Origin: Chloroflexota bacterium
Lineage (GTDB): Bacteria > Chloroflexota > Anaerolineae > Anaerolineales > Villigracilaceae
Reading direction: 5' to 3'
Assembly: GCA_013388855.1 (NCBI GenBank)
Contig: JACAEM010000004.1
Coordinates: 101,113-165,112 of the forward strand
Length of the DNA: 64,000 nt
Shown one piece after another: positions 37,558 through 47,755 of this stretch. The position numbers were made by a program, and so were the translations under genes. The notes beneath the pieces were generated by a model. It did not search any database and had not been told where the DNA came from. It worked only from the letters and a program-made list of their open reading frames with translations. Each line of letters starts with the position of its first letter. Within the stretch, counting starts at the first letter, position 1.

Positions 37558-40161
37558 ATGAATTTGAACAACTACACCCAAAAATCGCAGGAAGCGATTC
37601 TCAACGCGCAGCATCTGGCGCAGGACTACCACCATCAGGCAATCGAGCCTGTTCATTTATTGTTGGCATTGCTCAATCAGGAGGAGGGCATCGTCCCAGC
37701 CATCGTCAGCAAGGTGGCGGGGAGCGCCGACGCGCTGCGGAACGAACTGGTCCGCGAATTGGAACGCCGTCCCAAGATTCACGGATCGAATGCCGAGGTG
37801 GGGCTGGCGCAGCCGACCGCGGACGTTCTGCGCGCCGCCGAGCGGTATGCCAAAGGGATGCAGGATGACTACGTCTCGACCGAACACATCTTGCTCGGCT
37901 TGACCGAATCCATCGAGGGCAAACGTCTCGCCTCTTTCGGTTTGACGAAGGATGCGATTCTTTCCGCCCTGAAAACGGTTCGCGGCTCCCAGAGAGTGAC
38001 CTCCCCGAATCCCGAATCCACCTACCAGGCGCTCGAACGCTACGGGCGCGACCTGACCGCCTACGCGCGTCAGGGCAAACTCGACCCTGTGATCGGGCGC
38101 GATGAGGAGATTCGCCGCGTCGTCCAGATTTTGACGCGCCGCACCAAGAACAATCCCGCGCTGGTGGGCGAGCCTGGCGTCGGCAAGACCGCCATCGTCG
38201 AGGGGTTGGCGCAGCGCATCGTCAAGGGCGACGTGCCAGAAGGTCTGAAAAAGAAGCGGCTGGTTCAACTCGACATGGGCGCGCTCATCGCGGGCGCGAA
38301 GTATCGCGGCGAGTTCGAGGAACGTCTCAAAGCCGTCCTCAAGGAAGTGACCGACGCGCAGGGCGAAATCATCCTGTTCATTGACGAGATGCACACCGTC
38401 GTCGGCGCGGGCAAAGCCGAAGGCGCCATGGACGCGGGCAATATGCTCAAGCCCATGCTGGCGCGCGGCGAACTGCACATGATCGGCGCAACCACGCTGG
38501 ACGAATATCGCAAGAATATCGAGAAAGACCCCGCGCTGGAACGGCGCTTCCAGCCTGTGATGGTGGGCGAGCCGAGCGTGGAGGATACGATTTCGATTCT
38601 GCGCGGACTCAAGGAACGTTACGAAGTGCATCACGGCGTGCGCATCACTGACCCCGCCGTGATCGCCGCCGCGACTCTCTCGCACCGCTACATCGCCGAC
38701 CGTCACCTGCCCGACAAAGCCATTGACCTGATTGACGAAGCCGCCGCCCGCTTGCGTACGGAGATCGACTCCAAGCCGCAGGCGTTGGATGAGGTGGACC
38801 GCGCCATCATGCAGTTGGAGATCGAGCGCGAGGCATTGAAGAAGGAAAAGGACAAGGCGTCGAAGGAGCGGCTTGCCAGCCTTGAAAAGGAACTCGCCGA
38901 TTTGCGCGAGAAGTCGAAGGGTCTCTCCGCGCGCTGGCAGACTGAAAAGCAGGCGATTGCCGAACTCCGCGCGCTGAAAGAGAAACTCGAACAGACTCGC
39001 GTCGAGATCGAACGCGCCGAGCGTGAAGCGAACCTGGAACGGGCGGCGCGGCTGAAATACGGCGAACTGCGTGAACTCGAGCAGAAGATTCAAACCGCCG
39101 AAGCCCGCCTGAAGACCATGCAGAGCGAAGGCGCGCTGCTCAAAGAGGAAGTGGACGCGGAGGAAATCGCCGCCATCGTGGCGCGCTGGACGGGCATCCC
39201 CGTTTCGCGCCTGCTCGAAGGCGAGACGCAGAAATTGATTCACATGGAGGAGCGGCTGCATCAGCGCGTCGTCGGTCAGGACGAAGCGGTGAACGTGGTC
39301 TCGAAAGCCGTGCGCCGCGCCCGCGCAGGTCTGCAAGACCCGAACCGCCCGATTGGTTCGTTCATCTTTTTGGGACCGACGGGCGTCGGCAAGACCGAAC
39401 TTGCCCGCGCCCTGGCGGAATTCCTGTTCGATGACGACCACGCCATGATCCGCATTGACATGAGCGAGTATCAGGAAAAGCACACGGTCAGCCGTCTCAT
39501 CGGCGCGCCGCCTGGCTACGTCGGTTATGAGGAGGGCGGGCAGTTGACCGAAGCCGTCCGCCGCAGACCGTACAGCGTGGTGCTGTTCGACGAAATCGAA
39601 AAGGCGCATCACGAAGTCTTCAACGTCCTGCTGCAACTGCTCGACGACGGTCGCCTCACCGACGGTCAGGGGCGCACCGTGGACTTCCGCAATACGGTCG
39701 TCATCATGACCAGCAATCTGGGAAATGAATTGTGGCAAGGCGAACGTGACACTGTTACACGTGACACGGTAACACGGATGCTACAAAAGCACTTCCGTCC
39801 CGAATTCCTCAACCGCATTGACGAGATGGTCATCTTCCATCCGTTGAGCCGCGAACACCTGACAGGCATCGTAGACATCCAACTGCGCCGCGTCAGTCAA
39901 CTACTGGCGGACAAGGGCTATCGGCTTGAGGTCAGCGAAGCCGCGCGCAAATATCTCGCGGAGGTCGGCTACGATCCCGACTTTGGCGCGCGTCCGCTCA
40001 AACGCGCCATCCAGCGCGAACTGCAAGACCCGCTCGCGCTCAAGATTCTGGCGGGCGAATTCCGCGAGGGCGATGTGATTCAGGTGGATAGGGGTAAAAC
40101 TGAATTGACATTTTCCGCTGCCGCGCAGGGAGAGGTAGTGGAAGGAGAGGTGGTGGCGTAA
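37558..40161 (+). CDS. clpB: ATP-dependent chaperone ClpB
   Basis: Two AAA+ modules (GEPGVGKT and GPTGVGKT), a long coiled-coil middle domain and a Clp N-domain. Confidence 0.97.
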   Translation: MNLNNYTQKSQEAILNAQHLAQDYHHQAIEPVHLLLALLNQEEGIVPAIVSKVAGSADALRNELVRELERRPKIHGSNAEVGLAQPTADVLRAAERYAKGMQDDYVSTEHILLGLTESIEGKRLASFGLTKDAILSALKTVRGSQRVTSPNPESTYQALERYGRDLTAYARQGKLDPVIGRDEEIRRVVQILTRRTKNNPALVGEPGVGKTAIVEGLAQRIVKGDVPEGLKKKRLVQLDMGALIAGAKYRGEFEERLKAVLKEVTDAQGEIILFIDEMHTVVGAGKAEGAMDAGNMLKPMLARGELHMIGATTLDEYRKNIEKDPALERRFQPVMVGEPSVEDTISILRGLKERYEVHHGVRITDPAVIAAATLSHRYIADRHLPDKAIDLIDEAAARLRTEIDSKPQALDEVDRAIMQLEIEREALKKEKDKASKERLASLEKELADLREKSKGLSARWQTEKQAIAELRALKEKLEQTRVEIERAEREANLERAARLKYGELRELEQKIQTAEARLKTMQSEGALLKEEVDAEEIAAIVARWTGIPVSRLLEGETQKLIHMEERLHQRVVGQDEAVNVVSKAVRRARAGLQDPNRPIGSFIFLGPTGVGKTELARALAEFLFDDDHAMIRIDMSEYQEKHTVSRLIGAPPGYVGYEEGGQLTEAVRRRPYSVVLFDEIEKAHHEVFNVLLQLLDDGRLTDGQGRTVDFRNTVVIMTSNLGNELWQGERDTVTRDTVTRMLQKHFRPEFLNRIDEMVIFHPLSREHLTGIVDIQLRRVSQLLADKGYRLEVSEAARKYLAEVGYDPDFGARPLKRAIQRELQDPLALKILAGEFREGDVIQVDRGKTELTFSAAAQGEVVEGEVVA

Positions 40162-40165
40162 AGCA

Positions 40166-40200
40166 AAACGTCCCGAAGGCTTTGTTCCTTCGGGACGTTT
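40166..40200. terminator. bidirectional intrinsic terminator between clpB and gatB
   Basis: AAACGTCCCGAAGG / CCTTCGGGACGTTT form a 14-bp stem with A/T runs on both sides. Confidence 0.8.
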
Positions 40201-40201
40201 C

Positions 40202-41699
<1,498 letters not shown>

Positions 41700-41707
<8 letters not shown>

Positions 41708-41795
41708 AGTCTGATGGTCTGGTAGTCTGTTAGTCTGATAGTCTGATAGTCTGATGGTCTGATAGTCTGTTAGTCCGATGGTCTGATGGTCTGGC
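41700..41795 (-). repeat. tandem octamer array (about 11-12 units of RGTCTGNT; ATCAGACY on the mRNA strand) abutting the gatB start codon
   Basis: The units were counted directly from 41708: agtctgat ggtctggt agtctgtt agtctgat x3 ggtctgat agtctgtt agtccgat ggtctgat ggtctggc. The gatB ATGAGACC is itself a unit variant. Confidence 0.9.
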
Positions 41796-41805
41796 TGTTG
41801 GACAG

Positions 41806-41833
41806 TAATTGGTAATTGGTAATTGGTAATTGA
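41806..41833 (-). repeat. tandem heptamer array TAATTGG x4 (CCAATTA on the mRNA strand), gatA-gatB spacer
   Basis: The sequence is taattgg taattgg taattgg taattga, read directly. Confidence 0.9.
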
Positions 41834-41837
41834 CCGC

Positions 41838-41886
41838 CGACCGCAGACGGACGACCGTTTATAATGCGGTCTGCGGTCGGTCGTCC
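41838..41886 (-). other. GC-rich permuted inverted repeat giving two overlapping alternative helices just after the gatA stop
   Basis: CGACCGCAGAC (41838..41848) pairs with GTCTGCGGTCG (41869..41879). GGACGACCG (41849..41857) pairs with CGGTCGTCC (41878..41886). The two helices cross, so they are mutually exclusive or pseudoknot-like. No U tract follows. Confidence 0.6.
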
Positions 41887-41890
41887 ACGG

Positions 41891-43351
41891 TCATAGGTTC
41901 GGAGTTTGTTTGTGCCAGTCTGTCACTTGCTGGTAGGCATGAGCAGCTTGGAACAGGGTTGCCTCGTCCAAGTGTTTGCCGATGAGTTGCATCCCGACGG
42001 GCAGGTTGTTGGAAAAGCCGCAGGGCAAGGCAATGGCAGGGACGCCAGCAGGGTTGGTCGCAACAACATAAATATCCGAGAGATACATTTCGAGCGGGTC
42101 GCTGGTCTTTTCGCCGAGTTTGAAGGCGGTGGTGGGACAGGTGGGGGCGAGGAGAAGGTCCACTTTGGAAAAAGCAGACTCAAAGTCACGGCGAAGAAGC
42201 GTGCGGACTTTTTGCGCCTTCAAGTAATACGCGTCGTAATATCCCGCCGAGAGGGCATACGCGCCCAGCATGATCCTGCTCTTGACCTCATCGCCGAATC
42301 CTTCGCGGCGGGTTTGGAGGTAGATGTCAATCACGTCCTTTGCGCCCTCCGAAACGGAGAGACCGAAGCGCGTGCCATCCATGCGGGCGAGGTTGGCGCT
42401 GGCTTCGGCAAAGAGCAGCAGATAGTAAACGGGCAAGCCGTATTTGGTGTGAGGGAGCGAGACTTCGTGAATCTCCATGCCGAGTTTTTCGTAGGTGCGA
42501 ATCGCTTCCTGCAGCGCAGACTCGACTCCCGCCTCCATGCCTGCGACGAAGTATTCCTTCGGGATGCCGAGTTTCATTCCCTTGACGGGCTGGTTGATAT
42601 GTTGTGTGTAATTAGGGACTGGGAATTGGTAGGTGGTGCTATCGTGCGGGTCGTGACCAGCGATGTGTTCGAGGACGGTGGCGCAATCGTAAGCATCCCG
42701 CGCCATGGGACCAATGCAATCGAACGAAGAGACAAGCGCGATAAGCCCGTAGCGCGAGACGCGTCCATAGGTTGGTTTGATGCCTGTGACGTTGCAAAAC
42801 CCTGCAGGCATGCGGACCGACCCGCCCGTATCTTCGCCGATGGTGAATGCCGCGAGACTTGCCGCCATGGCTGCCGCCGCGCCTCCGCTCGAACCGCCAG
42901 GGACGCGCTCCAAGTCCCAGGGGTTGTGGGTGTTGAAGAAGGCGGAGTTCTCGCACGAAGACCCCATGCCGAATTCGTCCATGTTGGTCTTGCCGAGGAG
43001 GACGGCGCCTGCCTCTGCGAGTTTATCGGTGACAGTGGCGTTGTATTGGGGGACGTAGTTTTCGAGAATCTTCGACGAGCAGGTGGTACGGACGCCGCGC
43101 GTGGAGATGCAATCCTTCATCGAGAAGGGAATGCCCGTCAGCGGGGTAACGTTCTCTCCTTTGGCGATGCGCTCGTCGGCTTTCTGCGCCTGCTCGAGGG
43201 CAAGTTCTTCCGAGACCGTGACGTAGGACCTGACCTTCGGGTCAATTTCGCGGATGCGCTGAAGAAACGCCCGAGTCAACTCGACAGAGGAAACCTGCCT
43301 GGCGATTAGTAACTGGTGAATTTCTCGAATTGTGAGTGAGTGGAGTTGCAT
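41891..43351 (-). CDS. gatA: Asp-tRNA(Asn)/Glu-tRNA(Gln) amidotransferase subunit A
   Basis: Amidase signature GGSSGGAAAAMAA and typical length. No Shine-Dalgarno sequence is visible upstream. Confidence 0.95.
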   Translation of the reverse strand: MQLHSLTIREIHQLLIARQVSSVELTRAFLQRIREIDPKVRSYVTVSEELALEQAQKADERIAKGENVTPLTGIPFSMKDCISTRGVRTTCSSKILENYVPQYNATVTDKLAEAGAVLLGKTNMDEFGMGSSCENSAFFNTHNPWDLERVPGGSSGGAAAAMAASLAAFTIGEDTGGSVRMPAGFCNVTGIKPTYGRVSRYGLIALVSSFDCIGPMARDAYDCATVLEHIAGHDPHDSTTYQFPVPNYTQHINQPVKGMKLGIPKEYFVAGMEAGVESALQEAIRTYEKLGMEIHEVSLPHTKYGLPVYYLLLFAEASANLARMDGTRFGLSVSEGAKDVIDIYLQTRREGFGDEVKSRIMLGAYALSAGYYDAYYLKAQKVRTLLRRDFESAFSKVDLLLAPTCPTTAFKLGEKTSDPLEMYLSDIYVVATNPAGVPAIALPCGFSNNLPVGMQLIGKHLDEATLFQAAHAYQQVTDWHKQTPNL

Positions 43352-43360
43352 GGCAAAGGG

Positions 43361-43388
43361 TAATTGGTAATTGGATATTGGTAATTAG
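43361..43388 (-). repeat. tandem heptamer array (TAATTGG TAATTGG ATATTGG TAATTAG), gatC-gatA spacer
   Basis: This is the same heptamer as at 41806..41833. Inverted CCAATTA-like copies lie at 43439..43463 in the same spacer. Confidence 0.85.
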
Positions 43389-43466
43389 AGTCTGAAGAAT
43401 GAGATGATTGATTGGTCAAGTAACTGGTGCAAAATCGCCCAATTACTATTTACCAACTACCAATCT

Positions 43467-43763
43467 CTATTCCTCTCCCAGAACCGTCGGCACTTTGATA
43501 TAGCCGCGCTCCGATTGCGGCGCGTTCTTGAGGAATTCTTCGCGGCTCATCGAATGTTGCACAACATCCTCGCGCAGCACGTTTTCGGCGTTGGCAATGT
43601 CCGAGGCGGGCGGGACGTTCGTCGTATCCACTTCGTTGAGCATGTTGAAGTAGTCAATGATGGAGGAGAACTGTCCGCTGAAGGTTTGCGCTTCCTCTTC
43701 GGAGATGCCGAGGCGGACGAGGAAGGCGATGTGTTTGACGGTTTTGGTATCAATGGTTGTCAT
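43467..43763 (-). CDS. gatC: Asp-tRNA(Asn)/Glu-tRNA(Gln) amidotransferase subunit C
   Basis: 98 aa. Contains MTTIDTKTVKHIAFLVRLGISEEEA...FNMLNEVDT, typical of GatC. The start was set at ATG 43763. Confidence 0.9.
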   Translation of the reverse strand: MTTIDTKTVKHIAFLVRLGISEEEAQTFSGQFSSIIDYFNMLNEVDTTNVPPASDIANAENVLREDVVQHSMSREEFLKNAPQSERGYIKVPTVLGEE

Positions 43764-43776
43764 AAGAGCCTCTAAA

Positions 43777-43803
43777 CACAAAGGACACAAAGTTCACAAA
43801 GAG
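43777..43803 (-). repeat. tandem 9-mer array CACAAAGNN x3 (NNCTTTGTG on the mRNA strand), aspS-gatC spacer
   Basis: The sequence is cacaaagga cacaaagtt cacaaagag, read directly. Confidence 0.8.
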
Positions 43804-43848
43804 TTAAAAGAGTTTTACTTCGTGCCCCTTGTGCTCTTCGTGTTTAAA

Positions 43849-45612
<1,764 letters not shown>

Positions 45613-45627
45613 GATGCCTCTCATTCC

Positions 45628-45692
45628 TGTCATTGCAATGTGGACAACCCGAAGCAATCCGCTCGTTGCCCTTTGAGCTCATCGCAATGACA
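45628..45692 (-). promoter_or_regulatory. 13-bp helix in the aspS 5' UTR between the attenuator terminator and the Shine-Dalgarno sequence
   Basis: On the minus-strand RNA, UGUCAUUGCGAUG (45692..45680) pairs with CAUUGCAAUGACA (45640..45628), with one G-U pair. On the plus-strand RNA the same position would be an A-C mismatch. Confidence 0.5.
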
Positions 45693-45700
45693 TGTTGTGA

Positions 45701-45745
45701 TGTAGATAAAATAAATCGCCCTTCGCGTGTGCGTTGGGCGATTTG
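45701..45745 (-). terminator. intrinsic terminator of the aspS leader (attenuator segment 3:4)
   Basis: On the minus strand, AAAUCGCCC (45745..45737) pairs with GGGCGAUUU (45722..45714). An inner CGC/GCG extension is possible. AUUUUAU follows the stem. Confidence 0.75.
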
Positions 45746-45791
45746 ATTTGACCTGTCTCTATCCATCAACTAGCAAAGCTTCGCCCAACGA
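45733..45791 (-). promoter_or_regulatory. antiterminator helix (segment 2:3) of the aspS leader
   Basis: CGUUGGGCGA (45791..45782, leader codons 22-25) is perfectly complementary to UCGCCCAACG (45742..45733). That segment shares 6 nt with the terminator 5' arm. Confidence 0.65.
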
Positions 45792-45854
45792 TAGGTCGTA
45801 TCGTCATTGTCATTATTATTGTTATTATAGGCGGGGCTGTGCTTGTTTTTCATA
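45771..45854 (-). CDS. candidate aspS-gatCAB leader peptide, 27 aa, MKNKHSPAYNNNNNDNDDTTYRWAKLC
   Basis: Translated by hand codon by codon. Codons 10-18 are AAT AAC AAT AAT AAT GAC AAT GAC GAT. The stop is TAG. There is no SD, but TGCTATAAT lies 9 nt upstream. The ORF is below the track length cutoff. Confidence 0.65.
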
Positions 45855-45863
45855 ATAGCGGCA

Positions 45864-45874
45864 TTATAGCACAG
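45864..45874 (-). promoter_or_regulatory. extended -10 promoter (TGTGCTATAAT) for the aspS leader transcript
   Basis: The minus strand reads ctgTGCTATAATgccgctattATG. The 9-mer and spacing are identical to the box at 8397..8405. Confidence 0.5.
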
Positions 45875-46188
45875 AGTTAACTTTCAAGGGCAGATTCCTG
45901 CAGGTTAGAGGGTATCTATATTACCTGTGCACCAATAAGATGGCGGGCGGCAATGCTTTGTGCCTCGCGAGTGATCTCCATGTCGAGCATTGTTCGTATG
46001 CTTTGGTCGTTTGGGCGCAGGCGTCAAGCCTGAAAATGGCGGGAAGCATACGGTCCGAGAGGAGATGCGCAGTCGAGGAGGACAATGCCAGGTCCAATGA
46101 AAATCCGGGTGCAATTTTGTCTCACGTTTGATTTGCGATATCGTATATTTTTATTGTCGATATCCATTTCACTCTACAGGAGATTGCC

Positions 46189-46581
46189 ATGAGTTACAAA
46201 TTGTTGTTTGCACTGTCTGCCATCGTTGCCGTGATTTTTGGACTAGGGTTCATGATCGTTCCCGACCGGGCGCTCCCGTTGTTTGGAACCACCGAACAGT
46301 ATGCTTCCACAATGTTTGCCGCCCGCTTCTTTGGTTTTGCGGCCTTTGCGTTTGGTCTGGTTCTCTGGTTCGCCAAGGACGCTTCAGACCCGAAGGTTCA
46401 GCGGAATCTCGGCGTGGCAAACCTGATCGTTTCCGTCGTCGGGCTGGTCATGACGCTCTACGGAACCATGGCGGGCAACGCTGTCATCCGGACGAACGCA
46501 TGGGCACCGATTGTGCTCTTCGTTCTGGGCGGTCTCGGATACGCCTTCATGATTTTCATCAAGCCAAGGATGATCCAATAA
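46189..46581 (+). CDS. small hypothetical membrane protein (four predicted helices)
   Basis: AGGAG lies 7 nt upstream of the ATG. There are four hydrophobic segments. No family confidently recognised. Confidence 0.7.
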   Translation: MSYKLLFALSAIVAVIFGLGFMIVPDRALPLFGTTEQYASTMFAARFFGFAAFAFGLVLWFAKDASDPKVQRNLGVANLIVSVVGLVMTLYGTMAGNAVIRTNAWAPIVLFVLGGLGYAFMIFIKPRMIQ

Positions 46582-46601
46582 TAGTCGAGGAACGGCAATT
46601 G

Positions 46602-46634
46602 AACGCCCGTCGCAAAAACGACGGGCGTCTTGTT
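46602..46634. terminator. bidirectional intrinsic terminator
   Basis: ACGCCCGTCG caaaaa CGACGGGCGT forms a 10-bp stem followed by CTTGTTT. It lies between convergent genes. Confidence 0.75.
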
Positions 46635-47566
46635 TACTCCAAAATTTGGTCGCTGATCTCATCTAGCTTTGCCACTTCCGCTTCTGTCAGCCTCCAGCCG
46701 AGGGCGCCGGCGTTTTGTTGTGCCTGCTCGGCATTCTTCGCTCCCGGAATTGGGAGGGCACCCTTGCAGATGACCCAGTTCAATGCCACCTGTGCATTCG
46801 ACTTGCCGCCATGGTCCTGACCAATCTCGGTCATTTTTTTGATGAGCGGCTGAATTTTGGGGAGCAGGGTAATGTAGCTCCCGGCGCGTGAACCGGGCGG
46901 AGGGTTGCTTGGACTGTATTTTCCAGAAAGGAGTCCCTTTTCGATCGGGCTGTAGGCAATAAGACGGATGCCGAGTTCCTTGCACCGCGCCAGGGTGCCG
47001 TTCTTTTCCACGGTGCGGTTTAGCAGGCTATAGTGGACCTGATTCGACGCCAGCGGTATGTTGTGGCGCGCCAGTGCAGAATAAGCCGCCAGCATGCGCG
47101 TCTGACCGAAATTCGAGACCCCCACTGTCCGAGTCGTTCCACTTTTCACGCATTCGACCATGCCTTCCATCAGCCCATCCGTGCTAAGGGTGACACTGGG
47201 CCAGTGGACTTGATAAAGATCCACACTTTCCACGCCCAGACGCGCCAAGCTGCCCCTCAAGGCTTTCGGCAGTGCGCCTTTTGTAAATCTCCATGGCCAA
47301 GGAAAGAACTTGGTGGCGATCAAAACGGGTTGCTCCGTATCCTTCAGAAACCGCCCAAGCAGCCTTTCGGAAAGCCCGTTTCCGTACAGTTCGGCGGTAT
47401 CCACGAACCGGATACCTTCATTCAACGAAGCCTCAAAGGCAAGTTTCACATCCTCGACACTGTATCCGTGCCCGTATTGCCAGACGATACGGTCTCCCCA
47501 TTGCCATGCCCCCAGCCCCATCTCGATCGCGTGCAAAAATCTGGTTTCGCTGCTGATGTCGGTCAA
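46634..47566 (-). CDS. aldo/keto reductase
   Basis: AKR pattern with GLGAWQWG, catalytic D/Y/K/H context and IPGAKN. Confidence 0.9.
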   Translation of the reverse strand: MTDISSETRFLHAIEMGLGAWQWGDRIVWQYGHGYSVEDVKLAFEASLNEGIRFVDTAELYGNGLSERLLGRFLKDTEQPVLIATKFFPWPWRFTKGALPKALRGSLARLGVESVDLYQVHWPSVTLSTDGLMEGMVECVKSGTTRTVGVSNFGQTRMLAAYSALARHNIPLASNQVHYSLLNRTVEKNGTLARCKELGIRLIAYSPIEKGLLSGKYSPSNPPPGSRAGSYITLLPKIQPLIKKMTEIGQDHGGKSNAQVALNWVICKGALPIPGAKNAEQAQQNAGALGWRLTEAEVAKLDEISDQILE

Positions 47567-47697
47567 GGTTGTATCCTCCGGGAAGAACGGCTGGATTGTA
47601 TCTTAAAATATGACAGTATCATAGCCAGTCGGCATAATTCGGGTTAAAATTCAGCCCGCTCATTATTCCGGAACTAATGGAATGTCAATCTTGTCCC

Positions 47698-47730
47698 AAA
47701 CCCCTCCACGAAACGAGAGGGGGGTTGATG
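47698..47730 (+). repeat. possible degenerate copy (d) of the palindromic G-rich repeat element
   Basis: CCCCTC cacgaaacga GAGGGG is followed by GGTTGATG. This resembles copy c2 but has a short tail. Confidence 0.3.
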
Positions 47731-47755
47731 TTCCCTGAGTTCCGGGGAGGTTTTT

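Noticed and set aside
37657-39738. 693-aa ORF antisense to clpB. Similar long antisense ORFs are 17101..17967, 26014..27057, 41906..43309, 9167..10180, 49503..50351 and 277..978.
   Set aside because: Each lies completely inside a strongly conserved gene on the other strand. None has family motifs, and all are Arg/Gly/His/Gln-rich.
40120-40161. An imperfect 15-nt tandem duplication at the clpB 3' end, giving [10 protein letters not shown].
   Set aside because: This is a trivial short duplication in a non-conserved C-terminal tail with no evident functional implication.
45613-45900. A T-box riboswitch as an alternative explanation for the terminator upstream of aspS.
   Set aside because: No T-box consensus (…GGGTGGTACCGCG…) or specifier-loop architecture is visible on the minus strand. 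The leader is too short, and the N/D-rich ORF plus the 2:3/3:4 overlap explains the terminator better.
46052-46062. GGTCCGAGAGG matches the conserved core of the ykkC (guanidine-I) riboswitch, upstream of a small four-helix membrane protein.
   Set aside because: The other conserved ykkC blocks as I recall them (AGGGUUCCG, ACGGCGGGA-AAAGCCCGGGAG) are absent or only vaguely similar. The downstream protein lacks SMR/Gdx features such as the membrane-embedded Glu. A 10-11-mer match is plausible by chance in 64 kb. It is worth a covariance-model scan only.
46128-46820. 230-aa plus-strand ORF overlapping the 46189 membrane protein gene, the terminator and the aldo/keto reductase 3' end.
   Set aside because: It runs through a strong terminator hairpin and is antisense to a conserved gene. 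It is Arg/Cys/Pro-rich. The alternative-frame 130-aa ORF has an SD and a clean four-helix profile.
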